From Malassezia furfur (taxonomy: Eukaryota): a stretch of DNA of 64,000 nt. The stretch's first letter is position 1. Each line of letters opens with the position of its first letter. The position numbers and the translations under genes are program-made. The stretch lies in assembly GCA_052055015.1 (NCBI GenBank), contig JBQJIT010000020.1. One strand, 5' to 3'. The notes under the pieces are model-generated. The model was not told the DNA's origin, ran no database searches, and saw only the letters and a program-made list of their open reading frames with translations. Below, in pieces: positions 61,925 through 64,000 of this stretch.

Positions 61925-64000
61925 ATGGCGACGGCCGATCCGCTGTCGTACGTCAGCTCGACACGCGCGTTTGCCTACCTGACGGAGCGCGGCGAGGATG
62001 CGCTGCATGCTGTAAAGGAGGCACTCGGCTCGGGGTCGAGCAAGTACCTCGATGCCGACCCCAGCGCGATCCGCAAGCAGCTCGAGAGCGGCAGCGACGT
62101 CGAGCGCCTCGAGGGGGTGAAGCATGTGCTTGCCCTGATCTCCAAGGGACGCGATCCCACGCCGTTCCTCGCATCCGTATTCAAGCTGGCATCCACCACC
62201 TCGCTTGAGGTGCGCAAGCTCGTGTACATTGTCGTGCTGCGGTATGCACGCACCCAGCCCGACCTCGCCCTGCTGTCGATCAACAGTTTCCAGCGCGACC
62301 TCACCGAACCCAACGCACTGATCCGCGGCATGGCGCTGCGTACACTGAGCGGCATGCGCGTCAAGGCCGCCGAGTCGATCGTGACCCTCGCCATCGGCAA
62401 GGCTGTGCGCGATACCCACCCCTACGTCCGCCGCGTCGCGGCGTATGCGCTGATGCGCAGCTACCAGGCAGACCCCGACCATGCCGACATGTACGTCGAA
62501 CTCGTCCAGACGCTGCTCCGTGACCGCTCGCCGCAGGTGCTGGGCCCCGCACTCGCCGCGTACACGGCGATTTGCCCGGGCCATTGGGAGCAGCTGCATC
62601 GGCACTTTCGCAAGCTGTGCTACGCGCTCGGCGACATGGACGCCTGGTCACAGCCTGGCGCAGTCGACGTGCTTGTGCACTATGCGCGCCTACACCTTCC
62701 CGAGCCGCGCGATGCACAGGACATCGATGCCGATCTCGCTCTACTTGTCGATCATCTCGAGCCACTGCTCGCCAGCACCAACCCCGGCGTAGTGATGGCC
62801 GCTGTGCGCGCTTTGCTGCTTGTCGCACCCACCGTGCGGCACCGCCGTGCAATTACGGCGCTCGTGCGCCTCGTGCGTGACACACCCGACGTGGCCTACA
62901 TCGCGGCGCTGCGTGTGCTTGCGCTGGACGCCACCTACATCCCGCTGGTTGCACCGATGGCCGCGCATTTTTACGTGCGTGCCGACGACCCCGAGTACCT
63001 GGCGCGCGCCAAACTGCGCGTGCTGCTCCGTACCGCGCAGCCGAGCACGGCACGGGCCTTGGCCGACGAGCTCGTCGTGTATACCCAGGCGGCGTCCACC
63101 GCCGTGGCGCTCGACAGTGTCACGGCGCTGGGGAACGTCGCGTGCCGCTTTGACGCACATGCCGCGCACTGCCTCAAGCTGCTCATTGGCGTCGCGCAGG
63201 ACACGAGCAGCGCCGAGCCGGTGGCCAGCCGCGCGGTACAGGTTGCCAAAATGCTCATGGCAATCCCGAACGTGATCGGCGACAAGGTCGTTGTGCGCGT
63301 CGTTGCCCAGTTTGCGCTGCGCCTCTTTGCGCCGCTCGCGCGTGCGGGACGGCCCAAGGATGCACGCATGCCATCGATCCTGCTCGACTCGTCGTCGCGC
63401 GCTGCGGCGCTTTGGATGCTGGGACAGTACGCGCGCGCGACGCTAGTGCCGGCGACGGATACGACGCCGAGCGCGACGCTCTGTGAGCTGCTTGTGCCCG
63501 ATATACTCCGCTGCCTGACGGCGCACTGGCACAAAGAGCACGCAAGTGTCCAGTGTGCCACGCTCACGCTCGCGGCCAAGGCAATTGTGATACTCCCCGA
63601 TGTCGGCGCCCCAGTGGCCGTACGCAGTGCGACGCTGACGCTCTACCATGCGCTACTGGCGCTCGGCGCACCGAGCCGTGACGCGGATGTGCGTGACCGC
63701 GCGCGCTTCTACGGAAGCCTCACACGCAAGTGCGCCGAGGAGCAGGCGCCGCACTCGCCCGACGTCGACGCTGCGCACGAGCAGTTCTGGGCACAGCACC
63801 AGGAACTCGACCGGCAGCGCCTGCCCGGTGTGCGTCTCCGGCGCGCACAGGTGCAGCATGTCCTCTTTGCACACGACACGGCCGAGGCCGCATCAATCGG
63901 CGCGCAGCTTGCCCTGGATACCCCCGTGTGCCCGCCCGAGGCCGTGCCAACCTTGGCCGGCCCCGTCTTTTTGCGGGGGGCCGCGGCGGCGCACGTGCCG
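61925..64000 (+). CDS. APL6: AP-3 adaptor complex beta subunit (3'-partial; absent from the ORF track because no stop is reached)
   Basis: My translation from ATG 61925: IRKQLES...[16 protein letters not shown]...[53 protein letters not shown]. Confidence 0.9.
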   Translation, partial: MATADPLSYVSSTRAFAYLTERGEDALHAVKEALGSGSSKYLDADPSAIRKQLESGSDVERLEGVKHVLALISKGRDPTPFLASVFKLASTTSLEVRKLVYIVVLRYARTQPDLALLSINSFQRDLTEPNALIRGMALRTLSGMRVKAAESIVTLAIGKAVRDTHPYVRRVAAYALMRSYQADPDHADMYVELVQTLLRDRSPQVLGPALAAYTAICPGHWEQLHRHFRKLCYALGDMDAWSQPGAVDVLVHYARLHLPEPRDAQDIDADLALLVDHLEPLLASTNPGVVMAAVRALLLVAPTVRHRRAITALVRLVRDTPDVAYIAALRVLALDATYIPLVAPMAAHFYVRADDPEYLARAKLRVLLRTAQPSTARALADELVVYTQAASTAVALDSVTALGNVACRFDAHAAHCLKLLIGVAQDTSSAEPVASRAVQVAKMLMAIPNVIGDKVVVRVVAQFALRLFAPLARAGRPKDARMPSILLDSSSRAAALWMLGQYARATLVPATDTTPSATLCELLVPDILRCLTAHWHKEHASVQCATLTLAAKAIVILPDVGAPVAVRSATLTLYHALLALGAPSRDADVRDRARFYGSLTRKCAEEQAPHSPDVDAAHEQFWAQHQELDRQRLPGVRLRRAQVQHVLFAHDTAEAASIGAQLALDTPVCPPEAVPTLAGPVFLRGAAAAHVP

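Noticed and set aside
61859..62605. Apparent 250-aa N-terminal extension of THI20 in the ORF track
   Set aside because: It is the antisense of APL6. THI20 homology begins at Met 61858.

Overview
This is a eukaryotic, very gene-dense, GC-rich fungal genomic window. Gene content, compaction and intron style point to a Malassezia-type basidiomycete yeast (inference, not a database result). I can support about 37 protein-coding genes and one intron-containing tRNA-Val(AAC). The genes are mostly housekeeping (SEC24, GOT1, SSN3/CDK8, GCN3, DRS1, KRR1, CDC43, RLI1, SEC26, MRF1, SGF29, ENO1, STE23, DBR1, FAD2, NAF1, MLS1, COG5, SRP40, THI20, APL6 and others). No transposon, CRISPR array or rRNA is visible. 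Many genes are fragmented in the ORF track by micro-introns, which I resolved by hand. Main observations: (1) Spliceosomal introns are mostly 21-27 nt with an apparent floor at 21 nt; all nine 21-nt introns found have the layout GT-N10-CTNA-NN-CAG. (2) Many of these introns are 3n and stop-free, so ORF finders miss them and nonsense-mediated decay (NMD) would not see retention. (3) A tandem malate synthase pair in which the second copy is intact and the same length, but has substitutions concentrated in active-site motifs (catalytic Asp to Glu) and shares a 92-nt identical tract with the first copy. (4) Extreme gene packing, with abutting or overlapping stop codons and divergent ATGs 36-66 bp apart. 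(5) A tRNA intron that duplicates the 3' strand of the anticodon stem.
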